Below the pieces are notes generated by a model. The model did not search any database, was not told the origin of the DNA, and worked only from the letters and a program-made list of their open reading frames with translations. Position numbers and translations under genes: made by a program. DNA of 32,000 bases from positions 120,001 through 152,000 of the forward strand of contig CP065016.1 of the NCBI GenBank assembly GCA_016700375.1, in the 5' to 3' direction. Within the stretch, counting starts at the first letter, position 1. Every line of letters starts with the position of its first letter. This document shows positions 17,581 through 26,024 of this stretch, in pieces. The stretch is from Candidatus Saccharimonadota bacterium (GTDB lineage Bacteria; Patescibacteriota; Saccharimonadia; Saccharimonadales; UBA4665).

Positions 17581-19668
17581 ATGGCTGATAAAAAAGTTTT
17601 AATGAAAGACATCCGCAATATGGGCATTATTGCTCACATAGATGCGGGTAAAACTACTACGACCGAAGGTATTTTGTACCGCACTGGTCTCAAGCACAAA
17701 ATCGGTGCCGTTCATGAAGGTGAAACCACCACCGACTGGATGGCGCAAGAGCGCGAACGTGGCATTACCATTGTTTCCGCTGCGGTGACTTGTTTCTGGA
17801 AGGGCAAGCAAATCAACATTATCGATACGCCCGGTCACATCGACTTCACTGCCGAGGTGGAGCGTTCACTCCGCGTGCTCGACGGTGCGTGTGTGGTGTT
17901 CGACGGCAAAATGGGCGTGGAAAGCCAGAGTGAAACCGTGTGGCGCCAGGCCGACAAATATGGCGTACCGCGCATTTGCTTCATCAACAAAATCAACCAA
18001 ACCGGTGGCGACTTCTACAAGAGTCTCGATAGTATTCATCACCGCCTGAGTAAGCGTGCTTTTCCGGTACACCTGCCAATTGGGTTTGAGCAGAGCATTA
18101 ACGGTGTGGTCGACCTAGTGGCCATGAAGTCATATACCTACACCGAGTTTCATGACCACGAACTCACCGAGGGCGAAGTCCCAGCCGATATGCTCGACCA
18201 GGTAAAGAAATACCGCAGCCTGCTCATAGAAAACGCCGTGGCCGAAGACGAAGCCATGCTCGAAAAGTATTTCGAAGTGGGTGAAGACGGGCTAAGCGTT
18301 GAGGAAATCAAGCAAGCCATTCGTAGCGCCGTGTTAAGCGGTAAGTTCTACGCGGTGACCGGTGGTGATGGCCGCGGTGTTATTGTAGAAAAAGTGCTCG
18401 ACATGGTAAATGACTACCTGCCCGCACCAGACGACCGTAGCAATGCTTGGGGCGTTCACCCGAAGACGGGTGACGAAATCGAGCGCAAGCACGACACCAG
18501 CGAGCCGCTGGCTGGCCTCGCATTCAAAATTACGACCGATCCATTTGTGGGCAAGCTGGCGTACTTCCGTGTGTACTCGGGTACGTTGCAGGCTGGTTCG
18601 TATGTGCTAAATAGTTCAACCGGTGAAAAAGAGCGGGTTGGCCGTATTGTGCGTATGCAGGCAGACAAACGCGAAGACGTCACCGAAGTGGTAGCGGGTG
18701 ATATTGCCGCAATTGTTGGCCTGAAAGGCACAACCACTGGTAACACGTTGTGTGACCCAGCGCATCCCATCCAGCTCGAAAACATTACCTTCCCAGAACC
18801 GCCGGTGTCTATCGCTATCGAGCCAAAGACCAAGGCCGACCAAGAAAAAATGAGCCTAGCGCTCCAAAGACTGGCCGAAGAAGACCCAACCTTCCGTGTG
18901 CGGGTAGATGACGAAACGGGTCAGACCATCATCTCTGGTATGGGCGAGCTGCACCTCGAAATCTTGGTTGACCGCATGAAACGCGAGTTTAACGTCGAAG
19001 CAAACATCGGTCAACCTCAGGTTGCCTACCGTGAAACCATTCGTAAAGACGCGGTTGAAGCACAGGGCAAGTTTGTTCGCCAAAGTGGTGGCCGCGGTCA
19101 GTACGGTGACGTCTGGTTGCGTCTTAGCCAAAATGAACAAGGTGCCGGCTTTGAGTTCATCAACTCTATCAAGGGTGGTGTGGTTCCAAGCGAGTACATC
19201 CCCGCAGTCCGCAAGGGCATAGAAGAAGCCATGAGCAACGGCGTGATTGCCGGTTACCCAGTGGTAGACGTAAAAGTTGAGCTGTACGACGGCAGTTACC
19301 ACGAAGTTGACTCCAACGAAATGGCCTTTAGTATTGCCGGTTCCATGGGCTTCCAAGACGGCTTTAAAAAGGCCGGTCCGGTACTGCTCGAGCCTGTCAT
19401 GAAGGTTGTTGTCGTCACGCCCGAGGAATTCATGGGTGACGTCATAGGCGATCTAAACAGCAAGCGTGGTCGGATTGAGTCTATGGAAGACCTTTCGTCT
19501 GGGATTAAGGAAATAACAGCGTTCGTTCCACTTGGAGAGATGTTTGGCTATACCACAAACTTGCGTAGCATGAGCCAGGGCCGCGCTAGCAGTAGCATGG
19601 AACTCGACCATTACGCCGACGTTCCAAACAACGTCGCCGATGCTATCATCGCCAAGAACAGCAAATAG
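17581..19668 (+). CDS. fusA: Elongation factor G
   Basis: It has a GTPase G domain (AHIDAGKTTTTE, DTPGHIDF, NKID) and full-length EF-G homology. Confidence 0.97.
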   Translation: MADKKVLMKDIRNMGIIAHIDAGKTTTTEGILYRTGLKHKIGAVHEGETTTDWMAQERERGITIVSAAVTCFWKGKQINIIDTPGHIDFTAEVERSLRVLDGACVVFDGKMGVESQSETVWRQADKYGVPRICFINKINQTGGDFYKSLDSIHHRLSKRAFPVHLPIGFEQSINGVVDLVAMKSYTYTEFHDHELTEGEVPADMLDQVKKYRSLLIENAVAEDEAMLEKYFEVGEDGLSVEEIKQAIRSAVLSGKFYAVTGGDGRGVIVEKVLDMVNDYLPAPDDRSNAWGVHPKTGDEIERKHDTSEPLAGLAFKITTDPFVGKLAYFRVYSGTLQAGSYVLNSSTGEKERVGRIVRMQADKREDVTEVVAGDIAAIVGLKGTTTGNTLCDPAHPIQLENITFPEPPVSIAIEPKTKADQEKMSLALQRLAEEDPTFRVRVDDETGQTIISGMGELHLEILVDRMKREFNVEANIGQPQVAYRETIRKDAVEAQGKFVRQSGGRGQYGDVWLRLSQNEQGAGFEFINSIKGGVVPSEYIPAVRKGIEEAMSNGVIAGYPVVDVKVELYDGSYHEVDSNEMAFSIAGSMGFQDGFKKAGPVLLEPVMKVVVVTPEEFMGDVIGDLNSKRGRIESMEDLSSGIKEITAFVPLGEMFGYTTNLRSMSQGRASSSMELDHYADVPNNVADAIIAKNSK

Positions 19669-19686
19669 GTGTAAACTAAAGCTACG

Positions 19687-20103
19687 ATGAGTAAAAAACC
19701 GACTGATCTAGATGATGTGGTGAACGTTATCTCGGATTTGACCGAGTTGTTTTCGACGCGCTTCGATAAAATGGATCAGCGCTTCGACAAAATGGATGAA
19801 CGCTTCGACAAAATGGATCAGCGCTTCGACAAAATGGACGAGCGCTTCGACAAAATGGATGAACGCATCAACAGCATCGATATGCGCCTGTTTAGCGTTG
19901 AGCAGAAGCTACTGGAGCATGACGTACAATTCGCAAAAATCAATGAACGTATCGACCATCTCTACAGTGTGCTAGACAGTCACATGAAGCGGATTGAGGA
20001 TATCGTGGCTGACAATGTAGCCCGCGACGCGCAACAAGCGCGCATGGAAAAGTGGATTTTCCAAATTGCCGATAAACTTGACCTAAAACTGAATTACGAA
20101 TAG
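19687..20103 (+). CDS. Small coiled-coil protein with RFDKMD(Q/E) heptad repeats
   Basis: The 138-aa product has five perfect 7-aa repeats. Its C-terminus (ARMEKWIFQIADKLDLKLNYE) matches the paralogs at 3325 and 21630. Confidence 0.7.
   Translation: MSKKPTDLDDVVNVISDLTELFSTRFDKMDQRFDKMDERFDKMDQRFDKMDERFDKMDERINSIDMRLFSVEQKLLEHDVQFAKINERIDHLYSVLDSHMKRIEDIVADNVARDAQQARMEKWIFQIADKLDLKLNYE
19759..19863 (+). repeat. 21-bp tandem repeat x5 (coding)
   Basis: The unit is CGCTTCGA(T/C)AAAATGGA(T/C)(CAG/GAA/GAG), repeated head to tail. A sixth degenerate unit follows at 19864-19884. Confidence 0.9.
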
Positions 20104-20115
20104 GCATCGTTTTAC

Positions 20116-20145
20116 TTGATTTTAGCTCATAGTGTACGGTACAAT
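20116..20145 (+). promoter_or_regulatory. Putative tuf promoter
   Basis: TTGATT (20116-20121), an 18-nt spacer, then TACAAT (20140-20145). Confidence 0.45.
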
Positions 20146-20359
20146 TACAGAGTATCTCGCGTGAGGGCGTTGCTGTAGTACGTTACAGCAATATGGACCG
20201 CGTGAACACCTATCAATTTAATAACCTAATATAATAAAGAAAGGATTCGCTGGCTCCCCGATAAGGGAAAAAGAGCAGCCCGAGCAAAAATCACATTTTT
20301 TACCCGGAGCGATGAGAAAAAACCGTAGGTTTTGTCTCATTACAGCGAAGCGTCAATTT

Positions 20360-21544
20360 ATGGCAGGAGTATTTGACCGAACCAAGCCTCACGTCAACGT
20401 TGGTACTATGGGCCACGTCGACCACGGCAAAACAACCCTTACTGCAGCTATCACCATGGTGCTAGCCAAAAAACTTCCAAGCGATGTCAACAAGCCAGTC
20501 GCTTATGACCAAATCGACAACGCACCAGAAGAAAAAGCTCGTGGTATAACCATTGCTACTTCTCACCAAGAGTACGAGAGCGAAAAGCGTCACTACGCGC
20601 ACGTCGACATGCCAGGTCACGCCGACTACGTTAAGAACATGATTACCGGTGCAGCTCAGGTTGACGGTGCTATCTTGGTGGTGTCTGCTGCCGACGGTCC
20701 TATGCCGCAAACTCGCGAGCACGTTCTACTTGCTCGTCAAGTGGGTGTACCAAAGATTCTTGTTTTCATGAACAAGATGGACCTCGCCGATGCCGACCTC
20801 GTCGAACTAGTCGAGGAAGAAATCCGCGAACTTCTCGAAAAGAACGGTTTCGACCGCGACTGTCCAATCATCAAGGGTTCTGCAGCCAAGGCTGTAGAGG
20901 GCGATGCCGCCAACGAAGATGCTGTCATGGAGCTTGTGAAGGCTATGGACGACTACTTGCCAGAGCCAGTTCGCGACCTCGACAAGCCATTCATCATGCC
21001 TATTGAAGACGTATTCTCCATTAAGGGTCGTGGTACTGTTGCAACCGGTCGCGTTGAACAGGGTATTGTCAAAATCAACGACGAAGTTGAAATTGTCGGT
21101 ATTCGTGCAACCCAGAAGAGCGTTGTAACTGGTATTGAGGCATTCAAAAAGAGCCTAGACCAAGGTCAGGCTGGCGACAACGCTGGTGTGCTACTTCGCG
21201 GTATCGAACGCGACGACATCGAGCGTGGTCAGGTGCTTGCAAAGCCAGGTACTATTACCCCTCACACCGAGTTTGACGCCGAAGTCTACATCCTCAGCAA
21301 AGAAGAGGGTGGCCGACACACACCATTCTTCAAGGGCTACAAGCCACAGTTCTACTTCCGTACCACGGACGTAACTGGTGAGGTTGAGCTACCAGCAGAA
21401 AAAGAAATGGTTATGCCTGGTGACACTGTAACCTTCAAGGTAAAACTGCTTGCACCTATTGCTATGGAGCAGGGTCTGCGCTTCGCTATTCGCGAAGGCG
21501 GCCGCACCGTTGGTGCCGGCGTGGTAACCAAGATTACCAAGTAA
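20360..21544 (+). CDS. tuf: Elongation factor Tu
   Basis: The sequence is [27 protein letters not shown].. with full-length EF-Tu homology. ATG 20360 gives the canonical N-terminus but has no obvious SD. The in-frame ATG at 20312 (GGAG 3 nt upstream) is the alternative. Confidence 0.93.
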   Translation: MAGVFDRTKPHVNVGTMGHVDHGKTTLTAAITMVLAKKLPSDVNKPVAYDQIDNAPEEKARGITIATSHQEYESEKRHYAHVDMPGHADYVKNMITGAAQVDGAILVVSAADGPMPQTREHVLLARQVGVPKILVFMNKMDLADADLVELVEEEIRELLEKNGFDRDCPIIKGSAAKAVEGDAANEDAVMELVKAMDDYLPEPVRDLDKPFIMPIEDVFSIKGRGTVATGRVEQGIVKINDEVEIVGIRATQKSVVTGIEAFKKSLDQGQAGDNAGVLLRGIERDDIERGQVLAKPGTITPHTEFDAEVYILSKEEGGRHTPFFKGYKPQFYFRTTDVTGEVELPAEKEMVMPGDTVTFKVKLLAPIAMEQGLRFAIREGGRTVGAGVVTKITK

Positions 21545-21572
21545 TTTCACCTGGGATTACTTGCCCAACAGA

Positions 21573-21599
21573 GAAGCGCTCCACTTGGGGCGCTTTTCT
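21573..21599 (+). terminator. Intrinsic terminator after tuf
   Basis: AGCGCTCC (21575-21582), loop ACTT, GGGGCGCT (21587-21594), then TTTCT. Confidence 0.75.
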
Positions 21600-21629
21600 C
21601 GTGCTTCTTTATCGTGCTACAATACTGCT

Positions 21630-21867
21630 ATGAGTCAAGACGAGTTTAAAAAGCTGTTTCAGTATATCGAAGGGTTTCGAACGGAAGTCAGTCAACAGTT
21701 TGAGGCAAATACTCGTAAGCAAGATGAAACCATTGCTGCTGTAGCTGAGCTTGGTGGACATCTGCGGGATTATCGCAGAACTACTGGCGTTGAGCAGCAA
21801 AGTAGACCGATTGGAGAGATGGATTCAACAGGTTGCTCAAGTAACAGGGGTCCAGCTGCAGTATTAG
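21630..21867 (+). pseudogene. Small coiled-coil protein paralog with a +1 frame change
   Basis: The N-terminus (MSQDEFKKLFQYIEGF..) is in the frame of 21630. The family C-terminus (ELLALSSKVDRLERWIQQVAQVTGVQLQY*) is in the +1 frame, open from 21745 to the TAG at 21865-21867. TGcTACAAT (21615-21623) ends 6 nt before the ATG. Confidence 0.55.
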
Positions 21868-21893
21868 AGGCAGAAAGTATCTTTTGATCACAT

Positions 21894-21919
21894 GGCGCTC
21901 CACCTGGGGCGCTTTTCTT
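21894..21919 (+). terminator. Intrinsic terminator (near-copy of 21573-21599)
   Basis: GGCGCTCC, loop ACCT, GGGGCGCT, then TTTCTT. It differs from the tuf terminator at only a few positions. Confidence 0.7.
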
Positions 21920-21955
21920 GTATACAAAAACTTTCGGTATACTGTGTAGCACGCT

Positions 21956-22369
21956 ATGACGCACGAAACTAGCAAAGCATTTGTCGACTATTACCAGCTG
22001 CTTGGTGTTCAACCAGATGCAATGAACGAAGATATACGTACTGCGTTTGTTCGGCTTGCCAAGCTGCAACACCCTGACACTGGCGGTTCCCTTGAAGATA
22101 TGCAGCAGCTCAACCTCGCCTACATGACGCTTAAAAATCCTCAAACGCGGCGAGCATACGACATGATGCATAGCTTTCAAACAGGTACAAGCGAATTGCA
22201 TTATAGAGATATGCCAATGAGCGGCCACGCCGCAAAACCAAACGCCGAAGACGATGAAATAGACGATTTTATTAACGAAATCTTTGCCGAATACGCCGCA
22301 AAACCGTCGAAAAAACCCTTTCATAAAAAGGCCGCCTCCGCTCTCCGCTTCTACCGCAGAAAAACCTAA
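21956..22369 (+). CDS. J-domain protein
   Basis: The sequence DYYQLLGVQPDAMNEDIRTAFVRLAKLQHPDTGG..AYMTLKNPQTRRAYD carries the HPD motif. The product is 137 aa with no DnaJ zinc-finger region. Confidence 0.8.
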   Translation: MTHETSKAFVDYYQLLGVQPDAMNEDIRTAFVRLAKLQHPDTGGSLEDMQQLNLAYMTLKNPQTRRAYDMMHSFQTGTSELHYRDMPMSGHAAKPNAEDDEIDDFINEIFAEYAAKPSKKPFHKKAASALRFYRRKT

Positions 22370-22444
22370 GCCCGACACAACTTATCTGTGACAGGCTGTA
22401 AGGTATCTTACTGTCATTACCTGCTGGTGACCTATACTGCTGAT

Positions 22445-22957
22445 ATGCCAGAAATAATTGGGGATAATCCGGGTGGCCCGGATGAGGTTTGGGGAGGAAA
22501 ACAATTACATTTTGGCCCGTTGCTAGATGTGTTTGTGGGCGAAGAAATTATGGGAACTAGCGAGCGGCAGGAGCGTGTTTTTGCCGCATTTTTACACAGA
22601 CCGGGTGAGGTAGTCGAAAACGAAACCCTGCAAAAGTTACTAGAACCAGATTCCAATGTCCCCGAAGGTCTAGTTGGAGTGCTTGGTCTTTTGCGACTCG
22701 TACAGGGCATGAGCGGGCACCCAAAGGGAACGCTTGAATTTTCGAGCGGCGGAAAGCACGTAAGTTTTGCGCTACCGCCTACTCGGCCGTTTAATATCAC
22801 TAGTCTCGAGCAAAGCAAATCAGTAGTCAAAACTGCGCTCGAATCACCAAAAGCCAGAATCATAGGCGGATCTCTCATAGTTGGCGCAGCCGCAACAGCG
22901 GCATTTACGCGTCTAAAACAGGTACGCCAACAGCGAAAACATAGCGAACCGTCATAA
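22445..22957 (+). CDS. Hypothetical protein with C-terminal TM helix, apparently leaderless
   Basis: TATACT (22433-22438) lies 6 nt before the ATG at 22445. The C-terminal hydrophobic segment is IIGGSLIVGAAATAAF. The track start at 22388 (GTG) is less likely. Confidence 0.5.
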   Translation: MPEIIGDNPGGPDEVWGGKQLHFGPLLDVFVGEEIMGTSERQERVFAAFLHRPGEVVENETLQKLLEPDSNVPEGLVGVLGLLRLVQGMSGHPKGTLEFSSGGKHVSFALPPTRPFNITSLEQSKSVVKTALESPKARIIGGSLIVGAAATAAFTRLKQVRQQRKHSEPS

Positions 22958-22970
22958 CAAAGAACGCTGC

Positions 22971-22999
22971 TTGGCACAAATGCGCATACATGGTATGAT
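22971..22999 (+). promoter_or_regulatory. Putative rpsJ promoter
   Basis: TTGGCA (22971-22976), a 17-nt spacer, then TATGAT (22994-22999). It sits about 180 nt upstream of rpsJ. Confidence 0.5.
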
Positions 23000-23110
23000 T
23001 TAGCGGTAAACTAACAGCTTTGACTAAAAGCCGTGCGCGTTCCCAGGTGAATTCGTAAGGTGTTACAAGGCCAAACCGGGTGAAGCCGGCGGTTTGCAGC
23101 AAGGAATGTA

Positions 23111-23176
23111 GTGTGGATTTTCCTTACTACTCACACCTTACTACTTACTACTAACCTAAAATCCGGAGGATTTTAA
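23111..23176 (+). CDS. Possible mini-ORF J (21 aa) in the rpsJ leader
   Basis: From GTG the product is (M)[20 protein letters not shown], and the stop lies 2 nt before the rpsJ ATG. It is built on CTTACTA 7-mers like spacer H and its peptide resembles mini-ORF H (..TLTTYYLLLTT..). The weak start makes this tentative. Confidence 0.25.
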   Translation: MWIFLTTHTLLLTTNLKSGGF

Positions 23177-23178
23177 CC

Positions 23179-23511
23179 ATGGCAGAAGCCAAACAACCAG
23201 TACCGGGCAAGCAGCGAATTCGTATTCGCCTGAAGGCCTACGACCACAAAATCATTGACCAAGCCGCTAAGCAAATTGTAGATACGGCGCTTCGCACCGG
23301 CGCGAGCCTGGCTGGGCCAATCCCACTGCCAACGCGCAAGAGCACGTTTACAGTGGTAAAGAGCCCTCACGTGTACAAAAAAGGACGCGAACAGTTTGAA
23401 ATGCGTGTACATAAGCGCCTGATAGACGTCTTCGAACCGACCCCAAAGACTATCGATAGCCTCATGAACCTCTCTCTCCCCGCTGGCTGCGACGTCGAAA
23501 TCAAGATGTAA
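23179..23511 (+). CDS. rpsJ: 30S ribosomal protein S10
   Basis: The sequence is [60 protein letters not shown]. Confidence 0.96.
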   Translation: MAEAKQPVPGKQRIRIRLKAYDHKIIDQAAKQIVDTALRTGASLAGPIPLPTRKSTFTVVKSPHVYKKGREQFEMRVHKRLIDVFEPTPKTIDSLMNLSLPAGCDVEIKM

Positions 23512-23520
23512 CTTATTGGT

Positions 23521-24363
23521 CTAGCCAGCCTGTTTAATTGCTGCAATGTAATTTGGAAGCTGAAAAGTAAGCTCTATTTGACGAGGAGAGTCTGGCGATG
23601 CGCCATTAACTGCCCGCGTACATACTGTAGAATAATTAGGGTCGCTCACCAAGCGGTTATAAAAATCCATTCGTATGGAAGATAAGGTGTCTTCGTCCAA
23701 TGTTCTGTTGCCGACCCGATAGGGTGGCATAAAAGAGCCGCCAAGTTTAGAAGATAAACGAAGTGCGCTCTCACAAAAGCCATGATACTCTTCATCAAAC
23801 ACAGAGCCTGACAGTATCACCCCGCCAACCGCAAGGACACGCTTCATTTCATCTGCTAAAGCCAGAGCCTCATCCTGCGAAGGTGTCCAGTAAGATGCGT
23901 ATGAATCGTGTATGACATGAGCAGTTGCGTCTTTAAGTGTTCGAAGACCATCTAAGGCCAGTCCAGCTATAACGTCGTTTCCTGCGCTAGCTTGATACTG
24001 TGCGTTTAAGTCATCTTGTTCAAGGGCTATTCTACGGCTATTTCTGAACCAAGATAAAAAATCGGATCTTCCTGCGCCAATGTCGATAACTGTTTTGCCT
24101 TCGGCGAAGTTTGTTAGTGCTGCTAGGGAAATTCCGTGAGCACGAGCTAATTGCGAGCCGGTTCGGTCGGTACGTACTCGATCACTCGCTATACCTGAGT
24201 TCTTACGGTATGTAGTGAGCCGTGCGGTACATGCATTGACGGCAAGGGGTATTGCCGAATGTCCATCTATAACCGTACGCAGATTCTGTAAGTAAATGCT
24301 GGACGGTTCTGTGTCTACACGGTATCTAAATACATCTTGAGCCGTCCCAGTATGTCTCTGCAT
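23521..24363 (-). CDS. Class I SAM-dependent methyltransferase (putative), leaderless
   Basis: Motif I is [10 protein letters not shown], with a downstream [10 protein letters not shown] strand. ATG 24363 lies 7 nt after TGaTATACT on the minus strand (-10 at 24371-24376). The track start at 24393 is a TTG. Confidence 0.6.
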   Translation of the reverse strand: MQRHTGTAQDVFRYRVDTEPSSIYLQNLRTVIDGHSAIPLAVNACTARLTTYRKNSGIASDRVRTDRTGSQLARAHGISLAALTNFAEGKTVIDIGAGRSDFLSWFRNSRRIALEQDDLNAQYQASAGNDVIAGLALDGLRTLKDATAHVIHDSYASYWTPSQDEALALADEMKRVLAVGGVILSGSVFDEEYHGFCESALRLSSKLGGSFMPPYRVGNRTLDEDTLSSIRMDFYNRLVSDPNYSTVCTRAVNGASPDSPRQIELTFQLPNYIAAIKQAG

Positions 24364-24422
24364 AGTATATAGTATATCATAAAATATAGACAAAGTAAAT
24401 AATATGTGCTATAATAGGAAGC
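24364..24422. promoter_or_regulatory. AT-rich divergent promoter region for two leaderless genes
   Basis: On the + strand, TGcTATAAT (24407-24415) ends 7 nt before ATG 24423. On the - strand, TATACT (24371-24376) lies 7 nt before ATG 24363. Confidence 0.55.
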
Positions 24423-26024
24423 ATGACGGTTGCTCCTAAGGTCGAGACAGCTGCAATGATGGAGGGTGCTGAAAAACCCTTTGAGGGCTTTGGTGCTGAA
24501 CTAGATGCAGCTAACTTTTACTTTAAGCACACGCACGCTATAGACCCGCAGCGCGTGGAGCGAGTAGTTACCTTATTAGAAGATTTTTCTGGTCCCAGAA
24601 TGAATTCGGCAGCAAAAAGCGCAGTTTTCTTAAGGGATATTTGCTCCGGCGTCGAAGATTCCTTGCTGGCACGTAATGCCACCTGGGCGCTGAATACGTA
24701 CCGCACTAATACCTTTGATACTGAAGAAACCCAAACGTATAAGCTGGCGATTGCTCGAGACGTTAAGCGAATTGACGATTTTAGTCGCGAGATGTTCGAA
24801 CAGGAGGCACGGACCTGTTCTGTTGCTGGTATGGTCTTTAGCGGTATTACACGAGTACTGAGCAAAAAAGAGCGCCGGGCGCACCAAGACCAACGGTGGT
24901 TGCGCGATTCTAACGCAAATGCTGGCGAGCTCCAAGAGCTTCTCGATACCAATAAACGGGCCATAAACCTTGAAGCAATGGTACACTACAGCGCCGAGGT
25001 GCTGGATGATCTCATGGTCGCTACCGGAGCGGTAGACGGCGTAAGGATGCCCGATGACGAAGTTCTCATGCGCAGAATCAGAGATGTAGATGTCATTTTG
25101 GGGCCGTTCCTGGAGATTATTGGGCATGATGGCATGGCAATGGCGCTCAGAAGCCATGCGAATATAGTTCGTCTACAAAAAACCGGGAACGTAGCCTTTG
25201 TCGACAGGGCAAAGAACATGCTCGAGCAATATACCGATAGAGAATATATTGCCGGCCAAATCGAAAAACTTTACGGGGAGCTTTTTGGAGGCGACAGCGT
25301 TGTAGAGCATGTTATTAGCAACAAAACCCAACACGGTATAGCCGTAGGTGAATCTGCATTTCGCTGGAGTGAATGTTATGCGAATGCTCGTGCGGTGTGG
25401 CGCGTAAAATCAGTTGGCTCGCTTGCAATGAAATTGTATCGGTACAGTAAAGAAGGGAAATCAACTGCGACGCCGCAAGATGTTATCGGTGTAACGCTCA
25501 TCACTGACGACCCTGAACAGCTGAATAGCCTTTATCCCATGCTAGTTTTGAGCGTAGAATCATCACAAGCCATTAAGACGACTGTCGCCCCAAGCAAGAA
25601 GAGCGCCTATCATGTTCGGGGTGACGAGTTGTATGTGGAATTGATTTCTAAAGTGGTAAGCGAGCAATTCACTGAGGATGCCTGTACATTGCTTAGTCTC
25701 AGCCCGGTAGAAATAGATACCAAGAACGACGAAAATAACCTTCATCAAACCGCAAAAGCGACATTTACGTTTCATGCTTTGCCGCTTGAAGTGCAGTGCC
25801 AGACAGAATGGGCACGTGAGCGTTCTCGTATTGGAGCGGGCGCACATGGTTTTCATAAAAGCGGCGTCAGAGAGTTAAACCAGCATTTTATAACACAACT
25901 CCATAGTAGAAGGGCTGAATTAGGCACCATGGAGCTCACGAAGGCAAGTGCCGATAGTACCAGAAGATTTATGTCAAGCGCCGCTCAGAGAGGCATACCA
26001 CCGGTAAACTACGGCATTGTTTAA
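24423..26024 (+). CDS. RelA/SpoT-domain nucleotidyltransferase-like protein with unknown N-terminal region of about 300 aa
   Basis: The C-terminal half carries the ordered synthetase-type motifs WRVKSVGSLAMKL, DVIGVTLI, KKSAYHVRG and PLEVQCQTEWARERSRIGAGAHGFHK. These correspond to RxKS..S..K, D..G.R.I, Y.S.H and EvQIRT..h.wAe..H..YK. No HD hydrolase motif was recognised. Confidence 0.6.
   Translation: MTVAPKVETAAMMEGAEKPFEGFGAELDAANFYFKHTHAIDPQRVERVVTLLEDFSGPRMNSAAKSAVFLRDICSGVEDSLLARNATWALNTYRTNTFDTEETQTYKLAIARDVKRIDDFSREMFEQEARTCSVAGMVFSGITRVLSKKERRAHQDQRWLRDSNANAGELQELLDTNKRAINLEAMVHYSAEVLDDLMVATGAVDGVRMPDDEVLMRRIRDVDVILGPFLEIIGHDGMAMALRSHANIVRLQKTGNVAFVDRAKNMLEQYTDREYIAGQIEKLYGELFGGDSVVEHVISNKTQHGIAVGESAFRWSECYANARAVWRVKSVGSLAMKLYRYSKEGKSTATPQDVIGVTLITDDPEQLNSLYPMLVLSVESSQAIKTTVAPSKKSAYHVRGDELYVELISKVVSEQFTEDACTLLSLSPVEIDTKNDENNLHQTAKATFTFHALPLEVQCQTEWARERSRIGAGAHGFHKSGVRELNQHFITQLHSRRAELGTMELTKASADSTRRFMSSAAQRGIPPVNYGIV

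Noticed and set aside
17599-19356. Antisense and off-frame ORFs within fusA
   Set aside because: The reason is the same as for rpoB and rpoC: they are shadow ORFs of a confidently called gene.
21770-22378. 202-aa minus-strand ORF opposite the J-domain gene
   Set aside because: The + strand encodes a clear J domain with the HPD motif. The minus-strand product is Cys/Phe/Val-rich with no motifs.
22432-22977. 181-aa minus-strand ORF opposite the 22445-22957 gene
   Set aside because: Its Ser/Pro/Cys/Arg-rich composition looks like an antisense artefact. The + strand ORF has a -10 box 6 nt before its ATG and a plausible TM helix. Neither ORF has recognised homology, so this call is only moderately confident.
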